Translations under genes and position numbers: made by a program
Shown here: piece by piece, positions 47,452 to 56,634 of the stretch
Numbering within the stretch: the stretch's first letter is position 1
Layout of the letters: each line of letters opens with the position of its first letter
Assembly: GCA_018971685.1 (NCBI GenBank)
Contig: JAGXAG010000001.1
Coordinates: 19,162-83,161, forward strand
From: Patescibacteria group bacterium
Lineage (GTDB): Bacteria; Patescibacteriota; Minisyncoccia; Phycocordibacterales; PALSA-1337
Length of the DNA stretch: 64,000 bases
Reading direction: 5' to 3'
Notes under the pieces: model-generated
Databases searched by the model: none
What the model was told of the DNA's origin: nothing
What the model saw: only the letters and a program-made list of their open reading frames with translations

Positions 47452-48174
47452 CTATAGAGTCGATATCGAATGCCACTCCCCGAGTACCTGCACTTTTGGC
47501 GGCCAATCCACCGTGTTTATGTATTTCATTCCTACATCCGCCGGATATTTGAATGAAATGCCGGTCGCCGCGTTTGTAACCTTAGACCAACTGTTATATT
47601 GAGTGGAATCATTCATTTGCCACAAGGAATAGTTCAAGACTCCGGCGAAACTGACCCAGAGCAGATACGGCAACAACAGCCAAGCGGCCGCTCTGGAAAC
47701 ACGCCGGAAATTGACCATCACATAGACGATAGATACCCACAATGCCAACAGCCAGAAGAAAGCCAAACCCGTTTGATGATAACCGAAAAATATTATTGAC
47801 CAGAATACATTCAAGGCCAATTGCACCGCGAATACGGCTATGATATTCGCCTTTTGCCAGTCGCCGTTCCAGAATCTATCCGACCATTTGTTCCAGCTTC
47901 TCCTGGTGCCGATATCTCCATTCCCGACATCGCCGACGATATCTGATCTCACGCGCCAACCATTTTTCCACACGAGGAAAAGAGCAACACCCATGAGCAG
48001 ATATAACACCGTCCAAACAGGGCCAAATACCCAGTTGGGTGGATTGAAAGCGGGCTTTGCAAGCGTCATGTACCAACCCCCTATTGCCGGAGCGGTGAAT
48101 ATGGAGCCGATGATTCCGGCGAGTTCGGTTATGGCTATCGATATCATGAGTTTGGCGATATTGTTTGCACTCAT
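47452..48174 (-). CDS. tspO: TspO/MBR tryptophan-rich sensory protein with C-terminal extension
   Basis: WYMTLAKPAFNPPNWVFGPVWTVLY, QLALNVFWS, LLPYLLWVSFA..LN. Confidence 0.9.
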   Translation of the reverse strand: MSANNIAKLMISIAITELAGIIGSIFTAPAIGGWYMTLAKPAFNPPNWVFGPVWTVLYLLMGVALFLVWKNGWRVRSDIVGDVGNGDIGTRRSWNKWSDRFWNGDWQKANIIAVFAVQLALNVFWSIIFFGYHQTGLAFFWLLALWVSIVYVMVNFRRVSRAAAWLLLPYLLWVSFAGVLNYSLWQMNDSTQYNSWSKVTNAATGISFKYPADVGMKYINTVDWPPKVQVLGEWHSISTL

Positions 48175-48348
48175 AATTATTTATTTTTCTCGGCGAAAAA
48201 TCTGGTCAGATAATACGCCACATTTTTCTTCCGGTTCCATGAGGATATTATACTACATCTTTCTGCTGTCATATGCCAAATGCAATATGGCTTGTCTATG
48301 TATCGACTTGCATCAATGCGGGCCGTTTTTTCATGCTACACTACCATC

Positions 48349-48918
48349 ATGCAATACTCCGACATCATCGGCTCAATCGTATCGGGCGCGTGGTTGGTAT
48401 TCATCGCGGTTTGGCTGGTGTCGGCCATGTTCACGAAGAAGTACGCCAAGCGCTCCGGCGGACGCTTCATTGTTTTCAGGCTGATTTTCGCTGTTCTCGT
48501 AATTGCGATCCTCAAATATTACGGCCGGAACGCCTCATTCATCCTATTGCATATAGCAAATCCCGCCGTACGCTGGACCGGCGCAGTTTTTGTCATTTTG
48601 GGCATAGTTCTGGCCTTCTGGGCCCGCTATCACCTAGGCAGGAATTGGGGCCAGCCCATGTCGGTCAAAGAAGGCGCCGACCTCGTGACCACCGGACCGT
48701 ACGCTTATATACGCAACCCGATATATGCCGCCATCCTCGTGGCTTTGATCGGCTCGGCTATGGTCTACGGCCTTCTATTCCTGTTCGCTCTCGTGCTATA
48801 TATTGCCTATTTCATTCCCAGCGTTTTCGTCGAAGAAAAGATCATGCTCCGCCTATTCCCGGACAAATATCCCGAATACAAAGCCGGCACAAAGAGGCTA
48901 ATTCCTTGGATTTGGTAG
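48349..48918 (+). CDS. Isoprenylcysteine carboxylmethyltransferase-family membrane protein
   Basis: LGRNW, LVTTGPYAYIRNPIY, EEKIM, Y.EYK..TKRLIP; start MQYSD follows TG-TACACT. Confidence 0.9.
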   Translation: MQYSDIIGSIVSGAWLVFIAVWLVSAMFTKKYAKRSGGRFIVFRLIFAVLVIAILKYYGRNASFILLHIANPAVRWTGAVFVILGIVLAFWARYHLGRNWGQPMSVKEGADLVTTGPYAYIRNPIYAAILVALIGSAMVYGLLFLFALVLYIAYFIPSVFVEEKIMLRLFPDKYPEYKAGTKRLIPWIW

Positions 48919-48919
48919 C

Positions 48920-49825
48920 TTATTCGATCCCTCTCAGCGCCTTCACCCTATCCTCCACTGGCGGGTGTGTCATAAATAGTTTTGCCATACCTTTGAAAGC
49001 ATGCGGACCGAACGGATTGGCAATGAAGAGGTGCGCGGTGGCGTTGTTGGCTTTCTTCATCGGTTCGCCGTGCGCTTGGATCTTGAGCAGAGCGGACGCC
49101 AACCCTTCGGGATAGCGGGTGAGCAAAGCGCCATCGGTGTCCGCCAACAATTCCCGCTTGCGTGATATGGCCAGCTGGATCAATTGCGCCACGATCGGCG
49201 ACAAGATGACAAAAATAATACCTACAATCGCCAAGATCGCTCCCGATTGCCCGTTCCCTTCGCCGTCGTTTTGTTTTCTGCCGCCGCCGAACCACAAACT
49301 TCTGGTGAATATATTGGCTAGAATGGCGATGAAACCGACCAGAACGACTACGACCGTTGACAATAATATGTCGCGATTGCCTATATGCGACAGCTCGTGT
49401 GCGATCACTCCTTCCAGTTCGTTTTTGTCCATCATGCCTAGAAGTCCGCTGGTTACCGCTACGGCGGCATGGTCTTTGTCTCTACCTGTCGCAAAAGCGT
49501 TCGGTGCCGGATCGTCGATGATGTAAATTTTCGGCATGGGCAAACCGGCAGTTATAGACAAGTTTTCCACCACGCGGAACAATTCAAGGTTATCTTCCCT
49601 ATCTGCCGGCTTTGCGCCTGAAATCGACAAGGCGATTTTGTCAGAATACCAGTAACTTGCGATATTCATCAGCACCGCGAATAAGATCGCGATCGCCAGT
49701 ATCCATGAATCGTTGTAGTAATAGCTTATGAACCAGCCCAAAGCCACGACAACGACCAAGAATAATCCCATCAAGAACCATGTCCGCCTGACATTCTTCG
49801 ATTGTTCAGTGTATAGAGTAGCCAT
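48920..49825 (-). CDS. htpX: Zinc metalloprotease HtpX (M48)
   Basis: PNAFATGR, HELSH, SRKRE, THPP. Confidence 0.93.
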   Translation of the reverse strand: MATLYTEQSKNVRRTWFLMGLFLVVVVALGWFISYYYNDSWILAIAILFAVLMNIASYWYSDKIALSISGAKPADREDNLELFRVVENLSITAGLPMPKIYIIDDPAPNAFATGRDKDHAAVAVTSGLLGMMDKNELEGVIAHELSHIGNRDILLSTVVVVLVGFIAILANIFTRSLWFGGGRKQNDGEGNGQSGAILAIVGIIFVILSPIVAQLIQLAISRKRELLADTDGALLTRYPEGLASALLKIQAHGEPMKKANNATAHLFIANPFGPHAFKGMAKLFMTHPPVEDRVKALRGIE

Positions 49826-50388
49826 TAAAACTGCACCTTGACCGGCTCTTTGGTGGCCGCGTCACTCTCGTCCAGCTGGAAGAATTCCATGGTCGTGAAG
49901 TGGAAAGCGCCGGCGATCATGTTGCCGGGAAAGGCCTGAATATATATGTTCAAGTCGCGTACATTACCGTTGTAGAAGCGCCTGGCGGCTTGAATTTTAT
50001 CTTCGGTGTCAGTCAGTTCAGACTGCAAAGCCAGGAAGTTTTGGTTGGCTTTCAATTCCGGATACGCCTCGGCGATGGCGAAGACCGACTTCAAGGCGCC
50101 GGCCAGCGTTGCTTCCGCTTGTCCTTTCTCCGCCATATTGCCCGCGCCCATAGCCACCGCGCGCGCTTTGGTGACATTTTCGAATGCGGTTTTTTCGTGC
50201 GCGGCGTAACCCTTGACTGTATTGACCAGATTAGGTATCAGGTCGTATCGCCGTTTCAACTGCACATCGATATCGGCCCAAGCTTCTTTTGCCCTGTTGG
50301 AGAGCGAAACCAAGCGATTGAAAGCCGCTATCGCCCAGATAATCAGCAAGACTACCAATATCAGTATTGCCCAAGATATTATTGACAT
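49825..50388 (-). CDS. lemA: LemA family protein
   Basis: AWADIDVQLKRRYDLIPNLV, EAYPELKA, RRFYN. Confidence 0.95.
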   Translation of the reverse strand: MSIISWAILILVVLLIIWAIAAFNRLVSLSNRAKEAWADIDVQLKRRYDLIPNLVNTVKGYAAHEKTAFENVTKARAVAMGAGNMAEKGQAEATLAGALKSVFAIAEAYPELKANQNFLALQSELTDTEDKIQAARRFYNGNVRDLNIYIQAFPGNMIAGAFHFTTMEFFQLDESDAATKEPVKVQF

Positions 50389-50543
50389 ATTAGTGGTTAT
50401 TAACTTTCCCAATATTAATAACCACAGTATAGTCTACCACCTGTTAATTTTCAATTGGCTGAATGAGTGCAATATGTATCTGACCTTAGTCATCGGCAGT
50501 GCAATATGCATGCGGCCTTAGGCGTTATTTGAGAAGTTACGCC

Positions 50544-51062
50544 TCATTTCCTACTGTTTCTCAGCAGAAATTTCGCCGGACTTTCATCAAGGTCCATGAA
50601 GTGGTCGGCGGCCTCGATCAGTTTCGCCGAGGTCGATTTGCCGAATGAGACGACCTCGACTTGGCAACCTTCGTGCATCTGCAGATATTCGACCAGCGGC
50701 ACGAAGTCGCCGTCACCCGTAACCAGTATTACGGCATCCAATTTCGGCGCCAATTTTACTGCATCGACGGCCAAGCCGACATCCCAGTCCGCTTTTTTTG
50801 CGCCGGAGCCGAAGATTTGCAAGTCTTTCACCTTGGTTTCGATCTTCATTTTTGTCAGCGCCTCAAAGAAAGCGTTTTCTTCGCCCGATTCGGTAGCGAT
50901 AACATATGCCACTGCGCGCACCAAGCGCCTGCCGCCGACCGCGTCATCGACGATTTTGCCGAAATTCACCTTTGATCTGTATATATTCTTGGCGCTGTGA
51001 TAAAGGTTCTGCGTATCTATAAAGACTCCTACTCTCTGCTCCAAATGTTTTATTACTGACAT
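50544..51062 (-). CDS. NYN (LabA/DUF88) domain protein
   Basis: VFIDTQN, KADWDVGLAVD, TGDGDF, S..L...AD.F. Confidence 0.9.
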   Translation of the reverse strand: MSVIKHLEQRVGVFIDTQNLYHSAKNIYRSKVNFGKIVDDAVGGRRLVRAVAYVIATESGEENAFFEALTKMKIETKVKDLQIFGSGAKKADWDVGLAVDAVKLAPKLDAVILVTGDGDFVPLVEYLQMHEGCQVEVVSFGKSTSAKLIEAADHFMDLDESPAKFLLRNSRK

Positions 51063-51155
51063 TTTATGAAAATGATTATTGTTTTTTTAAATATCTGGCA
51101 AAATCGCGGTCAGGCAGTCCCTCGGCCTACAAAAATTACTTACGGTTTCAAAATA

Positions 51156-51422
51156 CTATTTTTTCAACTCCAACTTTTTGGCGATCGCCGAATACCTGCG
51201 AGGATAATTTTTGCGCAAATAATTCATGTGCGTTTGCCTGTCTGCTACCATGCCTAGTAGCCCCCTTCTCGAGTGGTTGTCTTTGCGATGTTTTTTCAGG
51301 TGTGCAGTCAATTCGTCAATCTTCTTTGACAAAAGCGCTATTTGAACCTCCGGCGAGCCGGTGTCCTTGTCATGTATTCCGGTTTCTTTGATTATCTTGG
51401 CCTTTTTCTTCGGTTTAAGCAT
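51156..51422 (-). CDS. rpsO: 30S ribosomal protein S15
   Basis: DTGSPEVQIALL, HLKKHRKDNHSRRGL. Confidence 0.97.
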   Translation of the reverse strand: MLKPKKKAKIIKETGIHDKDTGSPEVQIALLSKKIDELTAHLKKHRKDNHSRRGLLGMVADRQTHMNYLRKNYPRRYSAIAKKLELKK

Positions 51423-51476
51423 GATGACTTACAATAGCATATTGCCGTTATTCCTGCAAGCGGCTACAATGTGAGC

Positions 51477-52400
51477 ATGTCGCACAATCTTAGGATTCTA
51501 AAGAGTCAATTCCTGGAATATGTGGAGATCGAAAAGGGCCGTGCCCTCAAAACCGTTGAGAATTATGATCATTATCTGAGTCGTTTTCTTCAATTCCTGA
51601 ATAGTGACAACCCGTCAGCCATTACCGGCGAAACCGTAAGCCGTTTTCGCCTCTGGCTCAACAGACAGCCCAGCAAATACAACAAACAAGGGGGCGGCAC
51701 CATGAAGAAAAGAACCCAGAATTACTATCTGATAGCTTTACGGGCTTTCCTGAAATATCTCGCCAAACGAGGCGTTCCTTCTCTCTCCGCCGAACATATC
51801 GAACTTGCCAAGGTCGGCGAACGCGAACTTGATCTTATCACCAATGAAGAGCTTCACCGTCTGATAGAATCGCCCAAAGGCAATGAACTGCGCGCTTTGC
51901 GCGATCGCGCCATCATGAAATTGCTTTTTTCGACCGGATTGCGCGTGTCGGAACTCTGTTCTCTGACTCGCGATATCAATCTAAAATCTGACAGCATGTC
52001 TATTCGTGGCAAAGGCGACAAAGTAAGGGTTGTTTTCCTATCCGACGAAGCCAAGGAAGCGGTAAAAAGGTATTTGGACAAACGAACCGACCTTGATGAT
52101 GCGCTTTTTGTCAGGATTACGGATAAACAAAACCAAAAAGGCAATTTGGCGCTTGATAAGCGCTCTGTTGAGCGCATTGTGAAGTATTGGGCGGTGCGCG
52201 CCGGCATTTCCAAGAAGGTTACGCCCCATATTCTACGCCATGTTTTCGCCACCGATCTCCTAGGCAATGGCGCCGATTTGCGCTCTGTTCAGATGCTACT
52301 TGGACATGCCAATATTTCCACTACTCAAATATATACTCATGTTACAGACGCGGAATTGAGGCGTGTTCATAAGCAGTTTCATAACAAAAGATCTGGTTAA
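51477..52400 (+). CDS. Xer-type tyrosine recombinase (XerC/XerD/XerA-like)
   Basis: TGLRVSEL, GKGDK.R, TPHILRH.FAT, LLGHANISTTQIYTHV. Confidence 0.92.
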   Translation: MSHNLRILKSQFLEYVEIEKGRALKTVENYDHYLSRFLQFLNSDNPSAITGETVSRFRLWLNRQPSKYNKQGGGTMKKRTQNYYLIALRAFLKYLAKRGVPSLSAEHIELAKVGERELDLITNEELHRLIESPKGNELRALRDRAIMKLLFSTGLRVSELCSLTRDINLKSDSMSIRGKGDKVRVVFLSDEAKEAVKRYLDKRTDLDDALFVRITDKQNQKGNLALDKRSVERIVKYWAVRAGISKKVTPHILRHVFATDLLGNGADLRSVQMLLGHANISTTQIYTHVTDAELRRVHKQFHNKRSG

Positions 52401-52443
52401 ACACTGCTTAATTTTTGAAATGTGCTACACTTTGATTTAGATT

Positions 52444-52629
52444 ATGAACACTATAGAGACGGAAAAAGGTATCCGAGACCTTGACCTTATGCTTGGGCCG
52501 ATACCAGATTCAACTTGTGTGCATCCTGCTCCAATGAAAGATCCTGAAGAACATGAGTTCGTCCTTGAACGATATGTCGTCGATCGGGATGGCACGATGA
52601 AAGTCTCGGTAGGTCAAGGCAACCACTAA
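52444..52629 (+). CDS. Small hypothetical protein
   Basis: 61-aa ORF with an upstream TG-TACACT -10 and a hairpin (52634-52660) after the stop. Confidence 0.45.
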   Translation: MNTIETEKGIRDLDLMLGPIPDSTCVHPAPMKDPEEHEFVLERYVVDRDGTMKVSVGQGNH

Positions 52630-52673
52630 CAACTGGCCCCACTCTTTGTGTTTGGGGCCACAATTTTAATATC

Positions 52674-53462
52674 ATGCGCATCATTTCCTGGAATGTGAAT
52701 GGACTGCGGGCGAATGTCAAAAAAGGCGGGTTTGATTGGTTTTTAAATGAAAGTCCCGATATTTACTGTTTGCAAGAAACAAAGGCGAATAAAGATCAGC
52801 TCGAAGAAGGCATTGCCAATCCGCCAGGATATCACTCCTATTTTGACCACTCAAAAGGCCGTAAAGGTTACAGCGGAGTCGCCGTTTATTCCAAGATCCG
52901 ACCTTGGAAAGTTGAATATGGCTTGGGAATCGAGCAATATGACCAAGAAGGCCGATTTTTGGGACTATTCTTCGGCGAAATTATAAAGGACATTCCGAAA
53001 TTGGCGCTTTTTAATATTTACTTCCCTAACGGCGGCGGAGGTCCCGACAGATTGCAGTTCAAACTCGAATACTACGATGAATTTTTGAAATATGTTAACC
53101 GCTTGAAGAAAGACGGTTATGAAATAATATTCTGCGGCGATGTTAATACAGCCCACACGAAAATAGATTTGGCAAGACCGAAGGAGAATGCCGACAACAC
53201 CGGCTTCTTGCCGATAGAGCGCGCGTGGATGGATAAAGTTATTGACAATGGCTTCACGGATGTGTTCAGAAATATGCATCCGAATGAACCGGATAGATAC
53301 ACTTATTGGGACATGAAGACCTTCGCCAGAGAACGCAATGTCGGATGGCGTATCGACTACTTTTTCGTTACCGCCGGACTGTTAAAAAAGGTGACAAAAT
53401 CCAGAATTCTTGATCAAATACTAGGCTCTGACCATTGTCCGATAGATATTTTTGTTGGCTAA
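52674..53462 (+). CDS. xth: Exodeoxyribonuclease III
   Basis: SWNVNG, CLQETK, GYSGVA, YFPNG, GDVN, GWRIDYF, SDHCP. Confidence 0.95.
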   Translation: MRIISWNVNGLRANVKKGGFDWFLNESPDIYCLQETKANKDQLEEGIANPPGYHSYFDHSKGRKGYSGVAVYSKIRPWKVEYGLGIEQYDQEGRFLGLFFGEIIKDIPKLALFNIYFPNGGGGPDRLQFKLEYYDEFLKYVNRLKKDGYEIIFCGDVNTAHTKIDLARPKENADNTGFLPIERAWMDKVIDNGFTDVFRNMHPNEPDRYTYWDMKTFARERNVGWRIDYFFVTAGLLKKVTKSRILDQILGSDHCPIDIFVG

Positions 53463-53519
53463 TATTGAAGCTCTACAGAGCCGTATTAAGTTAAATCTTC
53501 ACATAAATTTTTTTATGCG

Positions 53520-54060
53520 TACCCAGGTCGGACCTCAAAGATAAAACCGCGTCAATAGCGGTCTCGAGAATAATTGAGTACGCCTGACGCGGTCTCGAAG
53601 CTCGATAAAAGAACTTATCCAAGTCATTCCTTGGTAAGTGACATGCATCTTTCCTCGAATCAATGCTCTCCTGTTGGGAGGCTTATTTTTGTTGAGAAAG
53701 CATATGTCACCTTTTGTCACCAAGCAATAAGAGGACGAAAACAAACATTCGAGCTTCATGAAAAGGAGTGCGGTACTACCCTTACCGCAGAGTTTTTGAA
53801 AAGATCAATGCTCGTTTTCTCTGTGCTCGTCAAAATATTCACCATGCTCTATTAGCGCCGCGCCTCTCTCCTTGCAACGACGAAATATTTCCCTCCATGC
53901 CAGCTTTCGCTTGCGTCGGGAAACACCTATCGCCGGCTCGACAGTCGAGACTATGCATACCACGGTTTAATAAATATTTTGACGAGCACAGCAGACCTCG
54001 GACAACGAACGGATCTGTCTTTATTCTATGTCCTTTACAGACTCGCGTAAAGGACATAGC
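53520..54060 (-). ncRNA. Candidate large structured non-coding RNA region (strand tentative)
   Basis: ~600-nt gap with no credible ORF; at least 7 stems including a perfect 19-bp long-range stem; a TTTACG-N17-TAGAAT promoter on the - strand points into it. Confidence 0.45.
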
Positions 54061-54069
54061 TGTGGATAA

Positions 54070-55560
54070 CTAAAGGACATGATATTTCGCCCTTATTTTT
54101 CCTATGTCTTTTTGCTCCACTTCCACCTTTTTAGTCCTACCTTTTTCACCGCGCGCTCGCAATTCATTTTCCGGAAGTTTCATCAGTTCAAATGTTCTTT
54201 TTTCTAAGTATTCTTTCGTATTAAGTTCCGGATTATCCAACACTTCATCAAATAAGGCATATAAAATATAGCCAACGGCAAGTGACTGTACAAGTTCCGT
54301 AAGCTCTTTTATGCGGTCACCATTTATTTTCAACATTTTCAAAGTTACCGGATCACGCATAGCTTCTTCAACCATCGATTTATATTTTCTAAGTCGATAC
54401 GGATTTTCTTTTGGTCTGCCTGTACCAACCCTGTCGCAAATGCGTAGATTCATCAGATCCCAAACATTATCTTTACCGACATTGGAAATCAATCTCCGGA
54501 CAGCAGAAATGGTAACAATGTTGGTATCAGAGAAAAACATGTGCCAACGGACCAGTTTTGACACTTTTTCGGTTGTTTCATGTGAAAACCTCATTCTCTC
54601 TAATATTTTGCGTGTTTCACGTGAACCATACATTTCATGGTTATAAAAGGTAATTTGCCCTGTTTCATGTGAAATGTCCTTGGTAATTGGCTTAGAAATA
54701 TCATGAAATAGGGCCGCTAGACGCAATTCCAGCCCATAATCTTTGTCTGCTGCCGCTTGTAAACTTCTAAGCAAATGTTCCCAAACATCGTATTTATGAG
54801 CCTGATTTTGTGTAACACCGATGGATTTTCCCAATTCCGGCAAAAATTGATCCAAAAGTTTCAATTCAGCAAGCAATTCCAAGCCTTTTTTCGGTTGTGA
54901 TGATTTTATGATCTTTACGAATTCGTCTCGGATTCTTTCTATGGCAATCTCTTTTAGCAGGGAATTCAGCTGTCTTATGGCTTCGAAAGTACTTTTTTCA
55001 ATGCTGAAGTCAAGTTCTACCGCCAAACGAACGGCGCGCATCATTCTAAGAGCGTCTTCGTTGAATCTATCAGACGGATTACCAACGGTACGAATTTTTT
55101 TGTCCTTTAAATCATTGAAGCCGCCATGAAGATCAATAATGTCTTTTATAGCTCCTTTCGAAAGGGACACAGCCATGGCATTTACGGTAAAGTCTCGCCT
55201 TTTCAGATCGTCCTCGATCTTATCGCTGAATTTCACTTGATCGGGATGTCTACGGTCGGAATAACCCGATTCCAGTCTATACGGCGTGACCTCTATGTTT
55301 TTAACGGTTTCATCTTCAGTTAATTCATTTATAACTACCACGGTTCCATATATGTTCTCGTATACGGTTTTTGTGAATAATCCTTGAATTTGTTCCGGGT
55401 TGGCATTTGTAGTAATATCCCAATCTTTCGGTATTTTGCCTAAAAGCAAGTCTCGAACACAGCCGCCGACCAAATATGTCTGAAAACCAGCATTCTCAAG
55501 CGTTTCAACAGTGTTTATAACTTCCGCCGGAATGGCGCTTTTGTTCATCTTTTCTTTCAT
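54070..55560 (-). CDS. cca: CCA-adding enzyme / tRNA nucleotidyltransferase with HD domain
   Basis: LVGGCVRD, KDWDITT, DLKRRDFTVNA, RFNEDALRMMR, H...LFHDISK. Confidence 0.93.
   Translation of the reverse strand: MKEKMNKSAIPAEVINTVETLENAGFQTYLVGGCVRDLLLGKIPKDWDITTNANPEQIQGLFTKTVYENIYGTVVVINELTEDETVKNIEVTPYRLESGYSDRRHPDQVKFSDKIEDDLKRRDFTVNAMAVSLSKGAIKDIIDLHGGFNDLKDKKIRTVGNPSDRFNEDALRMMRAVRLAVELDFSIEKSTFEAIRQLNSLLKEIAIERIRDEFVKIIKSSQPKKGLELLAELKLLDQFLPELGKSIGVTQNQAHKYDVWEHLLRSLQAAADKDYGLELRLAALFHDISKPITKDISHETGQITFYNHEMYGSRETRKILERMRFSHETTEKVSKLVRWHMFFSDTNIVTISAVRRLISNVGKDNVWDLMNLRICDRVGTGRPKENPYRLRKYKSMVEEAMRDPVTLKMLKINGDRIKELTELVQSLAVGYILYALFDEVLDNPELNTKEYLEKRTFELMKLPENELRARGEKGRTKKVEVEQKDIGKIRAKYHVL
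54574..54676. other. Three parS-like sites inside cca
   Basis: TGTTTCATGTGAAAAC (54574), TGTTTCACGTGAACCA (54613) and TGTTTCATGTGAAATG (54661), against consensus TGTTTCACGTGAAACA. Confidence 0.75.
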
Positions 55561-55608
55561 GTCGTAAGAATAACACACTTATGTTTTTTCATGATAGTAT
55601 GGCTTAAT

Positions 55609-55683
55609 GCCCTCGTGGTGAAACGGATATCACAGCGGTCTTCGGAACCGTTATTGCAGGTTCGATTCCTGCCGAGGGCACCA
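55609..55683 (+). tRNA. tRNA-Arg(TCG)
   Basis: GCCCTCG...GCGGT-CTTCGGA-ACCGT...GGTTCGATTCC...CGAGGGCA-CCA (CCA encoded). Confidence 0.93.
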
Positions 55684-55766
55684 TATAGGAAGTTGCAGTA
55701 ATTTTGCGAAAATATGATTATCGGGTATACTTGATTGTGAGAGTTGTGGTTTGTTATTGTCCGTAT

Positions 55767-55837
55767 GCGGGTATCGTTTAGTGGTAGGACGCGTCCTTGC
55801 CAAGGACGAGGTTGGAGTTCGATTCTCCATACCCGCA
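55767..55837 (+). tRNA. tRNA-Gly(GCC)
   Basis: GCGGGTA...CGTCC-TTGCCAA-GGACG...GTTCGATT...TACCCGCA. Confidence 0.95.
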
Positions 55838-55913
55838 CAAGTAAAATTTGTTGTCTTTATGTGAATATGGTCTGTATAAAATGGCTTAGGACCGTTATTT
55901 TCGGCATTGAAAC

Positions 55914-55976
55914 TGTGGATAAGTCTGTTAACAGTGTTGATAAAAGTCACAAAAAATGGCTTTAATATGTTGACTT
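55914..55976. promoter_or_regulatory. DnaA-box cluster distant from oriC
   Basis: TGTGGATAA (55914, perfect), TGTTAACAG (55926), TGTTGATAA (55935), TGTTGACTT (55968). Confidence 0.55.
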
Positions 55977-56051
55977 TGTTCTTTATTAGCCGGTCCATAA
56001 AAATTTAATGGCTTAACCGTAGAATTTATCAAGGAAATAATTTTAAAAGTC

Positions 56052-56444
56052 ATGGAAATTGTGTTGCACAAACGAGCAAAAGGGAATAAAGGTGAAGATA
56101 TTGCATGTAAATTTTTGGAACGGCATAATTTCAATGTTATTGACCGTAATTATCAGAAAAAGTGTGGAGAACTCGACATAATAGCCAAAAAGGACAAGGT
56201 TGTTCATTTCTTCGAAGTCAAAAGTGTAACCGGCGATTTTTCTGAAAAATTTTTAGACGCCCATCGTCCCGAGGATAATGTTGATCAATGGAAAATAAGG
56301 CATTTAAGGCGCATTATAGAGACTTATATTGCTGACAAGAAATTAGGTCCCGAAGCAGAATTTCATTTTCATGTTCTGTGTGTTTACATGAACTTGGATA
56401 ATAGGCGTGCCGTGGTCAAGTGGCTAAAAGACATTATTTTATGA
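56052..56444 (+). CDS. yraN: YraN family endonuclease-like protein
   Basis: GNKGEDIA, RNY...GELDIIA, FFEVK. Confidence 0.88.
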   Translation: MEIVLHKRAKGNKGEDIACKFLERHNFNVIDRNYQKKCGELDIIAKKDKVVHFFEVKSVTGDFSEKFLDAHRPEDNVDQWKIRHLRRIIETYIADKKLGPEAEFHFHVLCVYMNLDNRRAVVKWLKDIIL

Positions 56445-56508
56445 TAAAGTATAGTCATATACCTCGTCGTAACCTTTAACGAAATGAGAGGTTACGGCGA
56501 GGTAATAC

Positions 56509-56581
56509 CGGAGCGTGGTGTAACGGCTAACATACCTGTTTTGGGTACAGGTGACTCCGGGTTCGAATCCCGGCGCTCCGA
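56509..56581 (+). tRNA. tRNA-Pro(TGG)
   Basis: CGGAGCG...CCTGT-TTTGGGT-ACAGG...GGTTCGAATCC...CGCTCCGA. Confidence 0.95.
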
Positions 56582-56634
56582 CATGTGGATACAAATATGC
56601 GAATTTTACTAATGATACGAATATTACAAATAAT

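Noticed and set aside
50466-50508. AGTGCAATATG direct repeat / half-CIRCE upstream of lemA-htpX
   Set aside because: Only one CIRCE-like half is present; two 11-mers are too little to call an operator.
51477-52400. Tyrosine recombinase as a mobile-element integrase
   Set aside because: It has Xer-type motifs and housekeeping context, with no cargo or att sites.
53535-54073. Short ORFs on both strands; RNase P RNA or tmRNA identity
   Set aside because: The ORFs have no recognisable motifs. GAGGAAAG on the - strand is not followed by TCC, and no tRNA-like tmRNA ends are present.
56551-56634. ORF-track start overlapping tRNA-Pro, and an AT-rich TACGAAT-like stretch
   Set aside because: The real start is ATG 56635; the spacer is low-complexity sequence with no clear unit.
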